From assembly GCA_977862235.1 (NCBI GenBank), contig OZ374565.1, positions 1,054,001 through 1,118,000 on the forward strand: DNA of 64,000 nucleotides. The letters run 5' to 3'. The position numbers and the translations under genes were made by a program. How positions within the stretch are numbered: the stretch's first letter is position 1; the number at the start of each line of letters is the position of its first letter. The DNA comes from Dudresnaya verticillata (Eukaryota). Under the pieces are notes generated by a model, which saw only the letters and a list, made by a program, of their open reading frames with translations, ran no database searches and was not told the origin of the DNA. This document shows, piece by piece, positions 1-12,234 of this stretch.

Positions 1-599
1 CAGGAATCGGTCACGTCGTGCAGACGGACGTCGGCTATCATCTAGGGTTACATTACCTATTTACAGTGTCTTGCATTTCCCCTTCTCCTTGTTTGGAGAG
101 AAGCCTTTCACTTCATTTCCTCCTTGCTTCCAAACATGCACACGAGGTCTCCGAAAAGGGAGGGGCGGTGTCCGCATTGGGCGGAAGCGGGCGACTCCAA
201 GCAATGTGCTAAATCGGAAATACCGACCGGAAACATTCGCGTGGGGTCTGGCACAATAAATCAGCTAACATTCAGAGGTTATCGAACAATCAGATTTGAA
301 TGAATAGGCCCGCGGTTCTTCGGCGGAAGCGCGACGGGCCTCTGGCCGGGCGTTCAGCCAACCATTAACGCCCTGGGGATATATAAGCTACCAGGTGTAC
401 CTTGCTACCCTTACCCTGCTCTGGTCACGAACTATCCTGATCGGGAAGTACCCCAAGGTCGCCTGGTTCGCTTGTGGACTTGTCTTCACTCAAATGGTAG
501 CTTGCTACAACTCTTTCTTGTCGATTGACCCACGCGGTGAGCTACAAGACGCCTATTTTGTGTCGGTCCGCAGTTTCGCGGTCAACCTTGCGGAGAAAC

Positions 600-1130
600 T
601 GTAGTGCAAACGGTGGGGCAGTGGTTGTTCGCTCTGAGCTTGTTTTGGCATCGTCACCCGACGGAAATCGCCAGCGGAGCGCTGACCCGCCGTTGGCACA
701 AACACGTCAAAGACGTATGCCACTGGGCGCTCCTGGGCCATAACGGCTCACATGCGTACGGACATCGCGTTTGGTGCATTGCGCGCACACGCGATGGTAC
801 TGTACTGCGGCACACGTGGCCTCTGGGGCACTGTGTGCCAGCCATGGTACGAATCCGGATGGACATCGGGAACAACAGTGGTACGAGCCTGTAAAGATGG
901 CCCGGATCCAAATCGGATCCGGATTTTTGTTATCGAGATCGGGCATCGGGATCCGTGCTGATATAAGGCGTGCGCCTGTAATGCTGGCGCGTCCGTAATG
1001 CTGGGACGAGTGAGGATCAGAGTCGGGATTGCACGCGCAGCGACGTGAAAGCGCCTGAAAGCGGCGCGAGACCACGAGTGTGTGTAAGTGCGCGTAATAT
1101 GATGCGCGCGGCAAACCTGTCAGACGCACA
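600..1130 (+). mobile_element. Partial LTR (5' part), related to the LTRs at 15230 and 27477
   Basis: Starts TGTAGTGC like the 27477 LTR. Shares blocks such as ggccc(g/a)gatccaa..atcgg(g)atcc, t(a/g)taaggc..gcgcctgtaa and tgtcagacgc in the same order as 15230-15740. Similarity is lost after about 1130. Confidence 0.7.
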
Positions 1131-1799
1131 GGGAGGTCGCGGCCTGGTCCGAAGCGGGTTTGCGCGTGGACGTCGTCGCACTACAGAAACTCCGCGATGG
1201 CTGTGGAGAGGCTGGCCTTCCATTACGCAAGTCGGTTAATGAGGCCATTACCTTTGTGGTGACATTGGTTGGGCGTCTTGCGCGCCTTCAACGCACGATT
1301 TGCGCCTTGCGTCGTTGCATAACCGACACCGGCAGGACGCCCACCATGCTGACGGCCAGGGTGGTGTATGGCGAAGATATCCCTGATCTGGAGTCTGACA
1401 CCGCGAAGGATGAGGAAATGGAAGTCGACCCCGCACCTTCTATGAAGCGTCAGCTCTACGCATAATCCCGATCGGTGCCACTTGTAAATGAGCCTAGTGA
1501 CTTGATGGAGCCCCCTTCCACTGGCGGAGCGAGAGTATAATTTCCTCACCAATTCGGAGTGGGCCCCGTGGGTAAGCATTCGTTGCCACTTCCTGCAACA
1601 TTTAGGCCTAATTACGAGAATTCTTCGAGGCCATGAACGCCAGGGGTACTTGCACCCCGCGTTTAGACAGTTACCGATATGGAGTAGAGTCTCTTGGGCA
1701 AGGGCTCAGTGGCCTTGATTCCGGAGGTCATGCCCGTTTTTGCGAAATAGGACGGGAGCTCACGCGATTAACCGCGGGAGCTTCTTCAACGGCGTCGCG

Positions 1800-4700
1800 T
1801 AGACGATGCTGCTGTACTTTTTCTATTGCAATATCGGTGGATGAAATTCTGTCGCAACTCCTCCGCGGGCTCATAGGTGTCCTTGGCTGGCGGGTAGCCG
1901 TACCAGCGCACTTTGTAAGTCATGCCCGTCGGCTCCTCGCGGTGTCCCCGATTTGGTAAATCATATACTCCTTATCGGCGTCAATGGGTTCCAATGACAC
2001 CTGCTGGTTGCGAGATAATAGTCGTCTCGACTGAGGGTTGTCGTACCATATCTCCGCCATTGGGGTGTGGGGCAACCGGCAGCGCTACGAGTGGGGCCGG
2101 TTGCACTGGTGCTCCAATTTGAACTTTGGTGATGCGATCGATACTGATAGGAATCAGCACGTCATCCTTCTTGATGGTGGCGACAGACTCCGTTGCGGTG
2201 TGTACCTCATATGGGCCCGTCGATCGATCGAGGTAGTAGCTTTTTCATCTGCTCCGCGAAATCGCCGACATGGTCAGCGCTTTGCCCCATTCTGTCGCGT
2301 TCTTTCCGTTCGATGGGCCGCAAGTTTCGTGGCGGGCGATCTACGTAGACTTGGTCGCCACTGCGAACCACCGGTCGGAAGCGCACCTTGCGGTCGAAGA
2401 GTTCTTTTGACTTCAACTGGGCTGCAGTCTGCTTTGTCAGAGGCTGCTGTAAGGCATAACGTAAACGCCGAATGGTTCCCCGATTTGGAGTACGGGCGTC
2501 ATACGCCCCTCCGTAACGGTTTCTTCCAATTCGACCGGGGTGCCTCGGACTATGATATCCGATGGGTGTCGAGTTAACACCAAGTCGAAGGGATTAGTAT
2601 CCGTTATCCGGTGTACCTACATACTGTAGGAGTAGGTTAGCAGCTGTAGATACAAATCTAAATCGGTGTGGTGGCCCTCAACGTAGTGGCGGAGCCGCTG
2701 CGGGACGGTTTTGTTAAATCGCTCGGCTTGCCCGTTGGTTTGTGGGTGATAGGCAACGATAAGCAAATGCAGAACTCCGAGCAGAGCGCAGACAGCGTCG
2801 AAGAACTTTGCTGTAAACTGTGTTCCATTGTCGGTGAGTACAAATTTAGGTGCGCCATACGCGTACACCCAATGATCTAAAAATTCAGTTGCCACCATGA
2901 TGGCTATAACCGTGTGTAACGGGATGCACCGTGTTAGCTTAGAAAACCGCTCTGTGATAACCAGAACGAATTCATACCCCCGTTTGGTTTTAGGCAGTGT
3001 CTCCAGGACTTCGGTTACAACGAACTGCAGTGGTCCGCTCGCGGGAAATAGCTTCATGAACTTTTGATGCTTAAACCGCGTTCCTTTAGTCTTGACAAAT
3101 GAGCAGCAAATCAGAACGGTTGCGACCACATCATTAGCCATATGTGGCCAATAGTACTCTCTCCGTAAGTGTAGTAATCTTAATACCACAAGGGGTCCCG
3201 ACATGAGGGTATAATGAGAAAGGTGAAGGACCCTCCCCCGCCCCCGCGTGTGTGTGGTACCATCTTTTGGAGTGCGCCATCCAGTGCCGACTTACGTACA
3301 AGAAGACAATGTCGGTCGTAGTCAAACTGTGATCCAGGTGATCCCCACTGAGTCGACTTTCACCTTGCAGAATGTGTCTTCTGCCTGAGTGGCTATGCAC
3401 GCCTCACGGGTGATTGTCTCCTTGCGCATGTCTTCCTGTCGGATCACCGTCTGTCGGAGTGTAGGAGTAGATGATAGTGTATCCTTCTCAGGTGTCGTTC
3501 CCGTTTCGGTGTTTCCAGTTTCAACGCGCACGGCGGGGATACTGGCTGCATCGGGGTGGTGCGGCTGCTTCCAATTGGTAAGGTGCACACCATATTGCAC
3601 TACACCATTAGGAGCCGTGTCCGCAATAAAGTATGGTACTTCTTCGTCTAGCTCAGCATTATTAGTGCCACCTGTTCGGTGTCGTGACATGCCGTCAGAG
3701 AGTTAATGTTTTATACCAGGGCCGTACTGAACTTCAAACTCAAGCTCTGATAGGCGTGCGTGGCAGCTTGCTAAGCGCCCAGATACGTCGGCTAGACTTA
3801 GTATCCAGCGAAAGGCATCGTGATCCGTACGGAGTATGCACGTTTCACCGTAGAGGTAGGGGCGTAGCGTTAGCTTACTCCAAACGACAGCAAGGAACTC
3901 TCTTTCGGTGGTTGTGTAGTTCTTCTCCGCATCGGTTAGACGCAGGCTCCAGTAACCCACTGGTAGATTACCACCACTAGGTTGCTCCTGGAGGAAAACA
4001 CACCCAACTTGGTAATCACAGGCGTCGGTATCCAGTGTATAGTTGAAACCGTGACGGGTAAATCTAATATTGGAGGGGGGATTAGGTGTCTCTTCAACTC
4101 CCAAAGGCTTTCAACGCCGTATCAGTCTGAGTTCCAAACTGGAATACCAAAGCCTTGCTGGTTATCTTGTTCAGTGGGGCCGCAATTCGTGCGAAGTTAG
4201 GAACGAAACGTCGATAGACGTTACACAGCCCTAGAGAGGATAGCAACTCCGTTTGGTTTACAGGACGATTAGTCTCCTTGACGGCGAGAGTATTTTTACG
4301 CACCACCTCCAGTTGACCCGGGCGTACAATGGGGCCCAGATACTGTACTGAGTTGTCAAAGAATGCGCACTTCGATAATTCTAGAGTTACCCTCGCGGTG
4401 TGAAGTAGCGTAAGGACCTCCATAAGGTGTTCGAAGTGAGACATAACGGTGTTAGCGTAGACGATGACATCATCCAGGTAGACTAAGGAAAATTTCCATT
4501 TCACCGTAGAGAGGATGATGCCAACTGCGCGTTGGAAAGTGTAGCGAGTTTCGGAGTCGCAGCGTCGCGTCAGGAAAAACAGCTCGAACCTCCCGCTCGG
4601 AGACTCGAACCTGCGACCTTTCACCCTGTGCTGGGCTACTCCAACGGCTCACAGACGACTAGACTAGATGGTTTGTAGTACGCTCTCTCCTTCGCTCGCA

Positions 4701-5877
4701 GAGTGGAAGGATGCGCTTATAACGCAGGGCCTTACAAAAGTAGCCGGTGCGTTCTTCAGCCTGAAAGGCATTCTCCGAAAGCGGTATAATACATAATGAC
4801 AGGTGAAGGTGGTCTTGTCCCGCTCCTCTTCGGGGATCTCGACTTGCCAATAGCCACTATTACAATTCAGAGTGGTCAATACTGTAGCCTCCCCAAAGGA
4901 GTCTATACGGTCATTCATACGGGGTAAACGGTAGGACTCCCGGACGTTGACAGCGTTAAGGCGCTTGTAATCAACGCAGAACCGCTTGGGACTGCCCTTT
5001 TTAGGTACAAAGACCACAGGTCTGGCCCACTCCAAAACGGATGGCTCGATCACCTTCGCGGATAGCATGCGGTCAACTTCCGCTTTCTGCAGCTCGCGCT
5101 GTTTATGTCCTGCCGGGTATGGTGCTTGATATACAGTTTGACACTAGGCGTTAATTTGATACGGTGTTTCGCGGCGGTTATATTACCTAACTCGCCGTTT
5201 CACATGGTACTGAACAACGCAAGGAGCGCGACCACCTTAGAGCGCAGTTTTTCATCTTTGGAACCAATGTGGACATTGTCCTTCCAGTCGGTGTCTGTGG
5301 TTGTCGTTGATTCCGATACGGTGTTTCCATTGCCTCCGTCTTGGGGTATGGTCGTGTTGCGCTTGGTAGGAGGATTAGTAAAGGAATGAATATTTACTCC
5401 CCCATCCGTAGATGGAGGTAAGACGTTAACGGTGAGGATGCAGCGGGAGCAGCAGAGACGGGACGGACAAGAGTACACTTAGGTAACCGTACCGGTTTGG
5501 TAGAGAAATTAGTCAGCCACACCTTGAATGGTTTGCTAGGGATAACATCCATAACGCTATTATCCATAAGGGTTAGATGCTTATGGATGGGCTTGGGATA
5601 GTTTTAAAGGAAGCACAAATCATCGGTTGGAGTGTTGACTTAAGCAAGGGATTGGGTCAGGGGGAATGATGAGGGATTTTGCGAGGCGGATCTTCTATGA
5701 CACTGTAACGGATGACAGAGGGGGTGTTGCAGGGTCGCAGCCGATATCATCTTGGAGTTTTGAGTTTCTCTCATCAATGAGACCGGAGAGTGGTTGTAGT
5801 ATAGGCGTAGGGTCGATCCGACGTCTGATACTCGCTGGTCCGAAGCCGCCGCACAGACCCGTCGTTGGGTAGCTGAT
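1800..5877 (-). pseudogene. Decayed Ty3/gypsy chromovirus pol (PR-RT spacer, RT, RNase H, integrase, chromodomain)
   Basis: Fragment ORFs: 4664-5068 (RFCVDYKRLN, GYWQ, PFRLKNAPATF), 4094-4624 (VYLDDVIV), 3703-4104 (DTDACDYQVG, NYTTTERE), 2617-3204 (TDNGTQF, YHPQTNGQAERFN) and 2207-2416 (GPY/F region). Manual translation near 1830-1970 gives YKVRWYGYPPAKDTYEP, a chromodomain. Many stops and frameshifts. Confidence 0.93.
4540..4736 (-). mobile_element. 197-bp TG...CA insertion (solo LTR or TRIM-like) with 4-bp TSD inside the RT coding sequence
   Basis: Ends are TGTAG...TTACA, with AAAG at both 4536-4539 and 4737-4740. Removing it restores the RT motif APATFQR. Orientation is inferred from the TATA and B-box strand. 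Confidence 0.9.
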
Positions 5878-6565
5878 TGTGGTAGCGCGGTGTCGGCCGC
5901 GTGCGCCCCGCAGGTGCGGATCAACGGTGTCGATGCCGGAGCGCGCAAGGGGCGTACCGTACGAGAGTAGGCAGCGGCCGGATCCCAGCGCCCCTGTCGA
6001 ACGGTGGCACGAAACCGACGGAAAGGAAAAGGAAGAGAGAAGCCTAGCGAGGCAAGGGAAAAAGGAGAACCGCCGCTGGCGTCGAGGAAAGCGATCGAAC
6101 CCGAAAGGCTGAGGGCAAGCTTCAGCGCGAGCTGTTGCTTACCGGGTTTGCTGAGGCGTCCATGGCAGATGGCCTTAAATACTGTACACTAGTATGCGTC
6201 TACGGCTACTCTACGGTGGGTACGACCCTGCGGCACCAACGCGGGAGGTGCGCTTGCGCGCGCCCATACACGTGTCGATACGTCCAGGTAATGGCTACGC
6301 GTGGGCGCGCGTAGGGTGTAACGGGCAGCGCTCCTCTCAACGGCTAGATGCCGAAGAGCGTCACTGGGGCGCGCCGTGTGCGGCACGGCGCGCGGCCGCT
6401 GCCGGCAGCAATGCGGTCCACCGCTACTAAAAGTCAACGAAAAAACTAGCGACTCTCTGCCCAATTACGACTCGCCAGCGCTCGTCATCGTGCTTCCCAT
6501 TACAGTGCGGGGCTGCCAGCATACTTTACAGCTGCTGCTGATGGTGTGCTGACAGATATACTACA
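5878..6565 (-). mobile_element. LTR, probably the 3' LTR of a second, minus-strand gypsy element
   Basis: The minus strand reads TGTAGTAT...CTACCACA and is preceded by a polypurine tract GAGGGGGGG (about 6569-6578). It shares gacg.c.cag.aaacccgg.aagc and a pyrimidine tract with the 15230 LTR. It truncates the pol relic at 5877. Confidence 0.75.
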
Positions 6566-6886
6566 AGGCCCCCCCTCAAGCGCCAGCGCCCCACTCACGG
6601 CCGTTGGGGTTTCCCGGGGCCACGATGGAAACTCCAAGTGGCCGTTGGGAACGGTTGGCACGCGCGCCCGTCGACGGTGAATGCGCGTGCCCGCCGATCT
6701 GCGCATCTGCGCATATAAGAATCGGCTCTAGTGAGTCGGGGGAAAGCGCGGGCATTGCTTTCCACAACCATCCCCGCTCCACTTTGCGCACACCACTCAC
6801 CGCTGTCGTTGTGTGTGTGCCTCTCTACCCTAAATCACCCCCCTCTGCCTCGACGCGAACGCCCACTTCGATGTGTAGCGATAGGG

Positions 6887-8810
6887 ATGGATAAGACGCG
6901 TTCGTCTGCCATTCGCGGCGCCCCTGACGAAGCAGCACCCACAACCACGCCGCCGCCGCCGGCCGTTGGAGCGCCATCGACGGCTGCGCCGACGGGGTCG
7001 GTGGCGGCTCGTGCACTACCTCAGGAGCAGGGTGCGCCTGAGGGAGGCGCCGCTGCGCCTGCGCATCCACTGCCTACCGCTACTCTGGCGGCTGGGGTGT
7101 GTGCCGCTGCACCTGCCGGACCATCGTCTCCCGCAGCTGGGGTTGGGCTGAGCTCCACTGCCCCCTGGACCCCATCACCAAGGGCGCTGCTGCGCTGGCT
7201 AAGACACTGGAGACACGTCCCGCCGCTGCGGTTGACACGTCTCAGGCCCCTACTCCGGCTGGGCCAGCAGCTGCTGTGCTGGCTCAGGGCAAAGCAATCC
7301 GGCATCTGCAGAACTACGAGGAGGTCGAGGTTGCCAACCAAGGCCCGCCACGGCGTGGCTTGGTGAATTTGGACCTGAGTGGAGCGGTCGACGCCGCTCC
7401 TCGCCCAGAGCAGGCCGCTCCGGTCGCTCTGCCCTGTGACGCCCAGCGCGTCGGCGTGCCGCCCGTGGTACGTACCCTTAACCTGACGGGGTCTTGGACG
7501 GCCTCCGCGTGAAGGGGTAGTCGAATTCCGCCCGCTGTGGCCCCCTTTGTGCCCCACCGCGGACTTGGCGCATCGGCGCAGGGCGACCCCGGCGCAGGAG
7601 CGTCAACCGCCCCTGGCACAAGTATGGCCGCTGCCATGGATTCTTCGTCAGGCGCTTCCGTAGCTCTCCATCAGCCGGGCATCACCATGCGAGGGGTGTC
7701 TCTGACCATTGGGCCCCAGCGACTCGGTGTCGCGGCGCCCAACGAAGATGCATTGCCTCCCACTGTCTTCACATGGGAGGCACCGCGCCACCAGATCCCG
7801 CTGGATCAGTTTCGTCGGGTGGAAGTGCCCAGGATAGACATCCAACGTCTCCTGCGCGTAGCAGGCAAAAGCGAGATTGCGGGGCCGCTGCCTACAACGC
7901 CTTCATGCCCGCAACGGCGGCATGGCTCGTACCGAACGGCCTGCCGTGTGACGTCTCGTTCGTCACCACGATCCAGCATCTTCTGATTTTGGACAAGGGC
8001 GCCGAAGCCTTTTTCTTGAAACCCGTTGATGGGTTGCACAAGCCCCTCGCGGCCTTGTTGGCCTGGTTGAGGGGTATCCCCATCAGGGAGACACCGGAGG
8101 AGGCACGAGGTCTGGCCAATTCCGACTGCGTGCGCCGCTTCCTCGGTTTTTGTATGGGGGAGCGGGACTGGGGCACTTGCCGCGCCCCCGATGATGGGCT
8201 CATTACCACGGGGGCATGCTTGCACCTGGCGCTCGATTAGTCGTGGTTTCCCTCAGCGGAGTGGTATTTCCACCGGGACGTGCCCGCTGACATGGTCGTC
8301 CCATGGCCCAGCGTCGAGCGTTATTTCCACTACGCCACGTCAGGGAGTGAGGAGGTTCGTCGAGAGCTCCTCGTTCGGCGCTCCAACGAATATGGCTTTG
8401 AGGTGGGGCGCCGCTACGCCTCCAAGATCCTATCGAAGGAGATATATTGGGTCCTCGATGACTGCCCCCTGGTTTACCTCGAAGGCTTGTGGCGCAGCGG
8501 GCGCCCGGGCTTTCCGCGCCTTCGAGGCGCAGCAGGCTCGTAGAATACCTCCGTGACGTTCGAGTTCGAGCAGCTGCTGAACAAGGGGCTTCGTGGCCGC
8601 TGCCCGAGAGAAGCACACCCATCGCCGCCACTTTGCACCACGCGTCGATGCATATATTTGCGGCGTCAACCCGGTGGCGGAGACCTTCCAAAAGATCCAA
8701 CGCGCGCGCGCCGCGAAAGGTCCGTGGCTACGCCTAGATGGCGGAGATGGCCCGCGTCGATCGGGCCGTGTAATCGCGATTATAGTCGCATCCGGTGCCT
8801 GAGGGTCCGC
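6887..8810 (+). pseudogene. Disrupted ORF of unknown function, antisense to the element ending in LTR 5878-6565
   Basis: ATG at 6887 and an Ala/Pro-rich N-terminus, then protein-like blocks: 7773-8240 (3' part), 8280-8543 in the same frame across a stop, and 8553-8813. Its position mirrors the antisense ORF of the 15230-28387 element. Confidence 0.5.
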
Positions 8811-8864
8811 TAATACGTGTGCAGATATTGCTACCTTGATATCCCGTTGTAACAGGGTGCTGGG
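8764..8864 (+). repeat. 101-bp direct repeat, copy 1 (copy 2 at 14262-14362)
   Basis: ggccgtgtaatcgcgattatagtc...gggtgctggg, with 5 mismatches between copies by eye. Confidence 0.95.
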
Positions 8865-9134
8865 AATGTAACCGTTTAGTGTCCCCCTTACTGTACAGCT
8901 GCCAAAGTAGCCATGATAGCCTATTTCAATTTGCTACTGGTTTCCTTTTTTCTTTTCTCTTTTTTCTTGTAATTCCCCTTTTCTTTACATATTTTTCTTA
9001 GCCCCTTTTTCTTAATGTTTTTTGCACGTGTGTGTTTTTTATAAGTATGTTTCCTTTCTTCTTTTCTTTTCCTCTTTTTGGGGGTTGGTATTTTTAAGTG
9101 CCTGGGGTACTAATCCCTCTTCCTACTGTGATTA

Positions 9135-9380
9135 CTACTGTCTAAGGCGGCGCAGCAGGCCAATGATACTCGCGCGGTTGAGGGCATGGCGGTGGCGGGC
9201 GCCCTGTAAGTGTCCCTGGAGGTCGTGCTGAGAGGCGAAATTGACCTCACACACCTCGTAGCGCGGGCGCTGTACGCGTTCCGCTCGTCGGTGTAATGCA
9301 CGGCGGTGCGGAACTGCAGCAAGGTGCTGTGTGCTCTGTCCAATCGTAGCAAATGTCAAACCGCAGGGCTGACAGTACAC
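9135..9380 (-). CDS. Short ORF or relic with two U1/matrin(JAZ)-type C2H2 zinc fingers
   Basis: YCQPCGLTF......QHLAAVPH and RYEVCEVNF......GHLQGARH, where the first Cys of finger 2 is lost. No ATG start (GTG), so possibly a fragment. Confidence 0.55.
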   Translation of the reverse strand: MYCQPCGLTFATIGQSTQHLAAVPHRRALHRRAERVQRPRYEVCEVNFASQHDLQGHLQGARHRHALNRASIIGLLRRLRQ

Positions 9381-9720
9381 TCCGCGAAATTCCTATAAAT
9401 ACACCAGGTCTTTAAAAGGATAGAGGCCTTGTAAAAAGGCCACCGAGCGAGCTACTGCTAGCAGAGGGACAATGAAGCGCTGAGTCCCGCAGTGGGTGCT
9501 TCCAGGAATTCCCAGATGTCCAGATTCCCACTTTTCGGCCAATCACGTGCTTTAAAATCTGGGTGACTTCGACCCAAATCGGTCGATTTGAATCGACCCG
9601 GCGACCCCTGATTCACTTTCCCAAATGTGAAATGGCCCTACTGCGGCACGTGCTCCCTTGAGATAAGACACACCTTCACACCTTCACACCACCGTCTCCA
9701 CAATATCTCTGCTCGCAGCC

Positions 9721-10898
9721 ATGTAGGACGACTTTGAGCTCACGCAGTCTCTGCTGCAGCCAGCGCAGCAGCTGCAGTGATTATCGCTGCAACCGCTGAC
9801 CGTACGCAAGCAGCCGAGCGGAACGTCAATCCGAAATACCGACGGGCCTCGCTTCATCGCCCGCTATGCTCGGGCGGAAAAACTGCATGGCAACAGCTCC
9901 TAAGTTGTGGCATTGATGACGACTTTCTACTGTTTGTGAACGTGACAAGGCCAATATTCTTCCAACTGCTGCTTACAGACTTCTCTGAGAAGGGAGAAAA
10001 TTGAAACTTCGGAACTCCGTATAGGACTGGGCCGAAGACCGCAGGACGGAAACCGCAGTTAGACACAACTGACCTTCTTGGTCTGGCGCTCTCGTACATC
10101 AAAATGAGAGACACAGCCTACGATCTCTGCCCCCTTTTTGGAGTTGCACAATCTACGCTATCTGTATGGTTAGATTATTCTTTGCAGGTTCTGTACAACG
10201 TTGTAAATGACAACGATCACAAGGCGTTTGAAGTCCGATGGCCCACCGTAGAGGAGATGAAGGAGTCAGCAGCGCTTTTGGAACATAACAGGGAGAATGG
10301 AAGGTACTTGAAAGGCGTGTTCGCGGTCACAGATGGTGGTAGGTTTCAAGATGTGGACCTGCAAAACACGTACTTCGAGGGGTATACGCAATCGGTAGAA
10401 GTTGCAAACTTATTCTTGTTCAACTTCAAAGGGGAGATAATTCACGCGGCAATTAACTTCCCGGGTAGTTGGCATGATACGAAGCTCGCAGTCGTATCTG
10501 GCTTGTATTATCCGAAGCTTGGTGATGACATGACGCCTGTAGGCATGGCTATTCTGGGAGATTCTGCGTTTTTCAACAACACACGCACTACGAAGGGAAA
10601 GGTGTTACGCGGGCGAAAGTGAAATGAGGTACATGACGTACCGGAGTCTACCGAGTGGGCTGCAATAGATACGATAGTGCAACGGATAATGCCAAGTGAA
10701 AGACAGGCTGCGGAATGGGGTATACGTGCTATCAAGGGGCCATTTGCCCGTCTCAAGGTTCCTCTTCCCGCCGACTCCGAAAAGAGACATCGCTTGATTG
10801 CTATATGTGTTCGAATGCTGAACTTGCGTACTAGAACGCTAGTTAGAAATCAGATTAGAACCACTTATGACCACTGTAGTAGTAGCGAAGATCGTTGA
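9721..10898 (+). pseudogene. DDE_Tnp_4 (Harbinger-type) transposase, inactivated
   Basis: HTH LCPLFGVAQSTLS and motifs FAVTDG, NFPGSWHD, ILGDSAF, RQAAEWGIRAIKGPFARL. In-frame stops at 9724, 9778 and 10620. Confidence 0.9.
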
Positions 10899-11189
10899 GC
10901 ACGTTCAAGGTAAGAGAAACATTTGGTTTATTATAGCCCTCGGCGCGAGCTTCGCGCGCTTTGTGGGCACAGGCTTCCAAGTCCGTGGGTTGCGCCGCGG
11001 GCCGAGCTTGCGAGGCAAGCAGCGCAACCCACGGACTTAGCCCTCCCCGCGCTCCGCGCGCGACGAGGGCAATTACAGCAACAGTACTACCACTCATTTT
11101 TCGCCGCAGTTGTTGGCATCGCGCATCTCCTTCATCTAGTGCTGCATGTCTGCCATCATCAGCTGGGTCGGTTCCATTTCAAACTTGAC

Positions 11190-12140
11190 GATACTTAAGA
11201 TGTCGTCCCTTGTCACGACCTGTGACGCGGATGGCCTGCTACGTAGTGCATCGGTCATGTCACCTATGTGGTTGACCATGACACCGATCTGGTCGTGAAG
11301 GTCACTACGCTTGAGACCTGTCTTGCCGGCGTGCGCTTGTCGATTCGCACACCGACAATTTCCCTTCCTTGTTCAACGCTTGCGCCACCTTCTACACATT
11401 TTCCGGGGTCCTTTTCATCGCCCAGCGACTCTGCAGTGCAACGCGAAAGGATAATGCGCGCTATGTGCTTCGCGCGAACCAGAGGCGGACAGGAGGGATC
11501 GCCAGTCTTCTTTTAAGTGTTGCACAGCTTGTTGCACTTCTTCTTGAGCGACTCTTGGTCTCTTGTAGGGCGGTCGTTGGCTTCCGCGCAGTCCTTATGC
11601 CGACCTGCCACGAGAGCCCACTCGTTGCTCCCGAGGGGCTCAATCGTTTCTATGAAGTCCAATGCGGCGGTGAGGTCCTCGTTGTTGTAGTTCGGGGACC
11701 CACTCCTCGTCCCGACTCTCTTTTTTTCTTGATTGTTTCAACGCCAAGACGGTTGGCGGCACCCGAGCGTACGGAGCTTTCAGGGTGGCTTGTGGGTAGC
11801 ACTGCATCAGAAGCCTCCGGTGTAGAAGGAGGGGTGGGGGGAATCCAGTGGCGTTCTTGACGCTGTGCGAACGCCGGCTGCAGAAGCAGTATTGTCCCTT
11901 AAACTTGCTGCTGAAACCATGACGGAGTGGTCGGACGGAGCCGGAGCACAAATGCGGCTGATGCTGTTTTTGTTCATCATGGACGACGGGGGGAGCGGCG
12001 CACAGGAATAGATTGCCTTGGTGCCTGCTCGGTGCCTGCAATCAAGCAGCTCTTGTACAGAGCATGCGGGGAGTCGGTGTTTCGCTCCGACCCGTTTCCC
12101 GCGAAAGTTGTGACTCATTTTCTCGCCGGGTTTTAGACAT
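11190..12140 (-). pseudogene. Second ORF of the PHIS transposon (Myb/trihelix-like accessory protein), inactivated
   Basis: Manual translation of about 11440-11730 gives GSPNYNNEDLTAALDFIETIEPLGSNEWALVA...RDQESLKKKCNKL...KKTGDPSCPPLVRAK, which I recognise as a DUF6818-like motif. ATG at 12140. The 3' end is approximate. Confidence 0.7.
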
Positions 12141-12234
12141 AGCTCATTTGGGGACCTGTGCGCCGCTGTTGATTTCTGAACAGAACCATTTTCCCAGTTT
12201 GGAAATCTGAGAATTCCTGGAAGCACCCAGTGTA

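Larger units (their letters stand above)
9494..12228. mobile_element. PHIS-superfamily DNA transposon (PIF/Harbinger-related, Pangu-like), 2735 bp
   Basis: TIRs GGGTGCTTCCAGGAATTC(C/T)CAGAT at both ends, AGT duplicated at 9491-9493 and 12229-12231, and two convergent decayed ORFs. Confidence 0.9.

Noticed and set aside
4575..4670. tRNA gene
   Set aside because: Has box-like motifs, but I could not build an acceptor stem or cloverleaf, and it lies within a TSD-flanked insert. Reported as tRNA-like only.
600..6565. One LTR split by an inversion (5' half at 600, 3' half at 5878)
   Set aside because: The 5878-6565 LTR has its own 5' end and PPT and differs in sequence.
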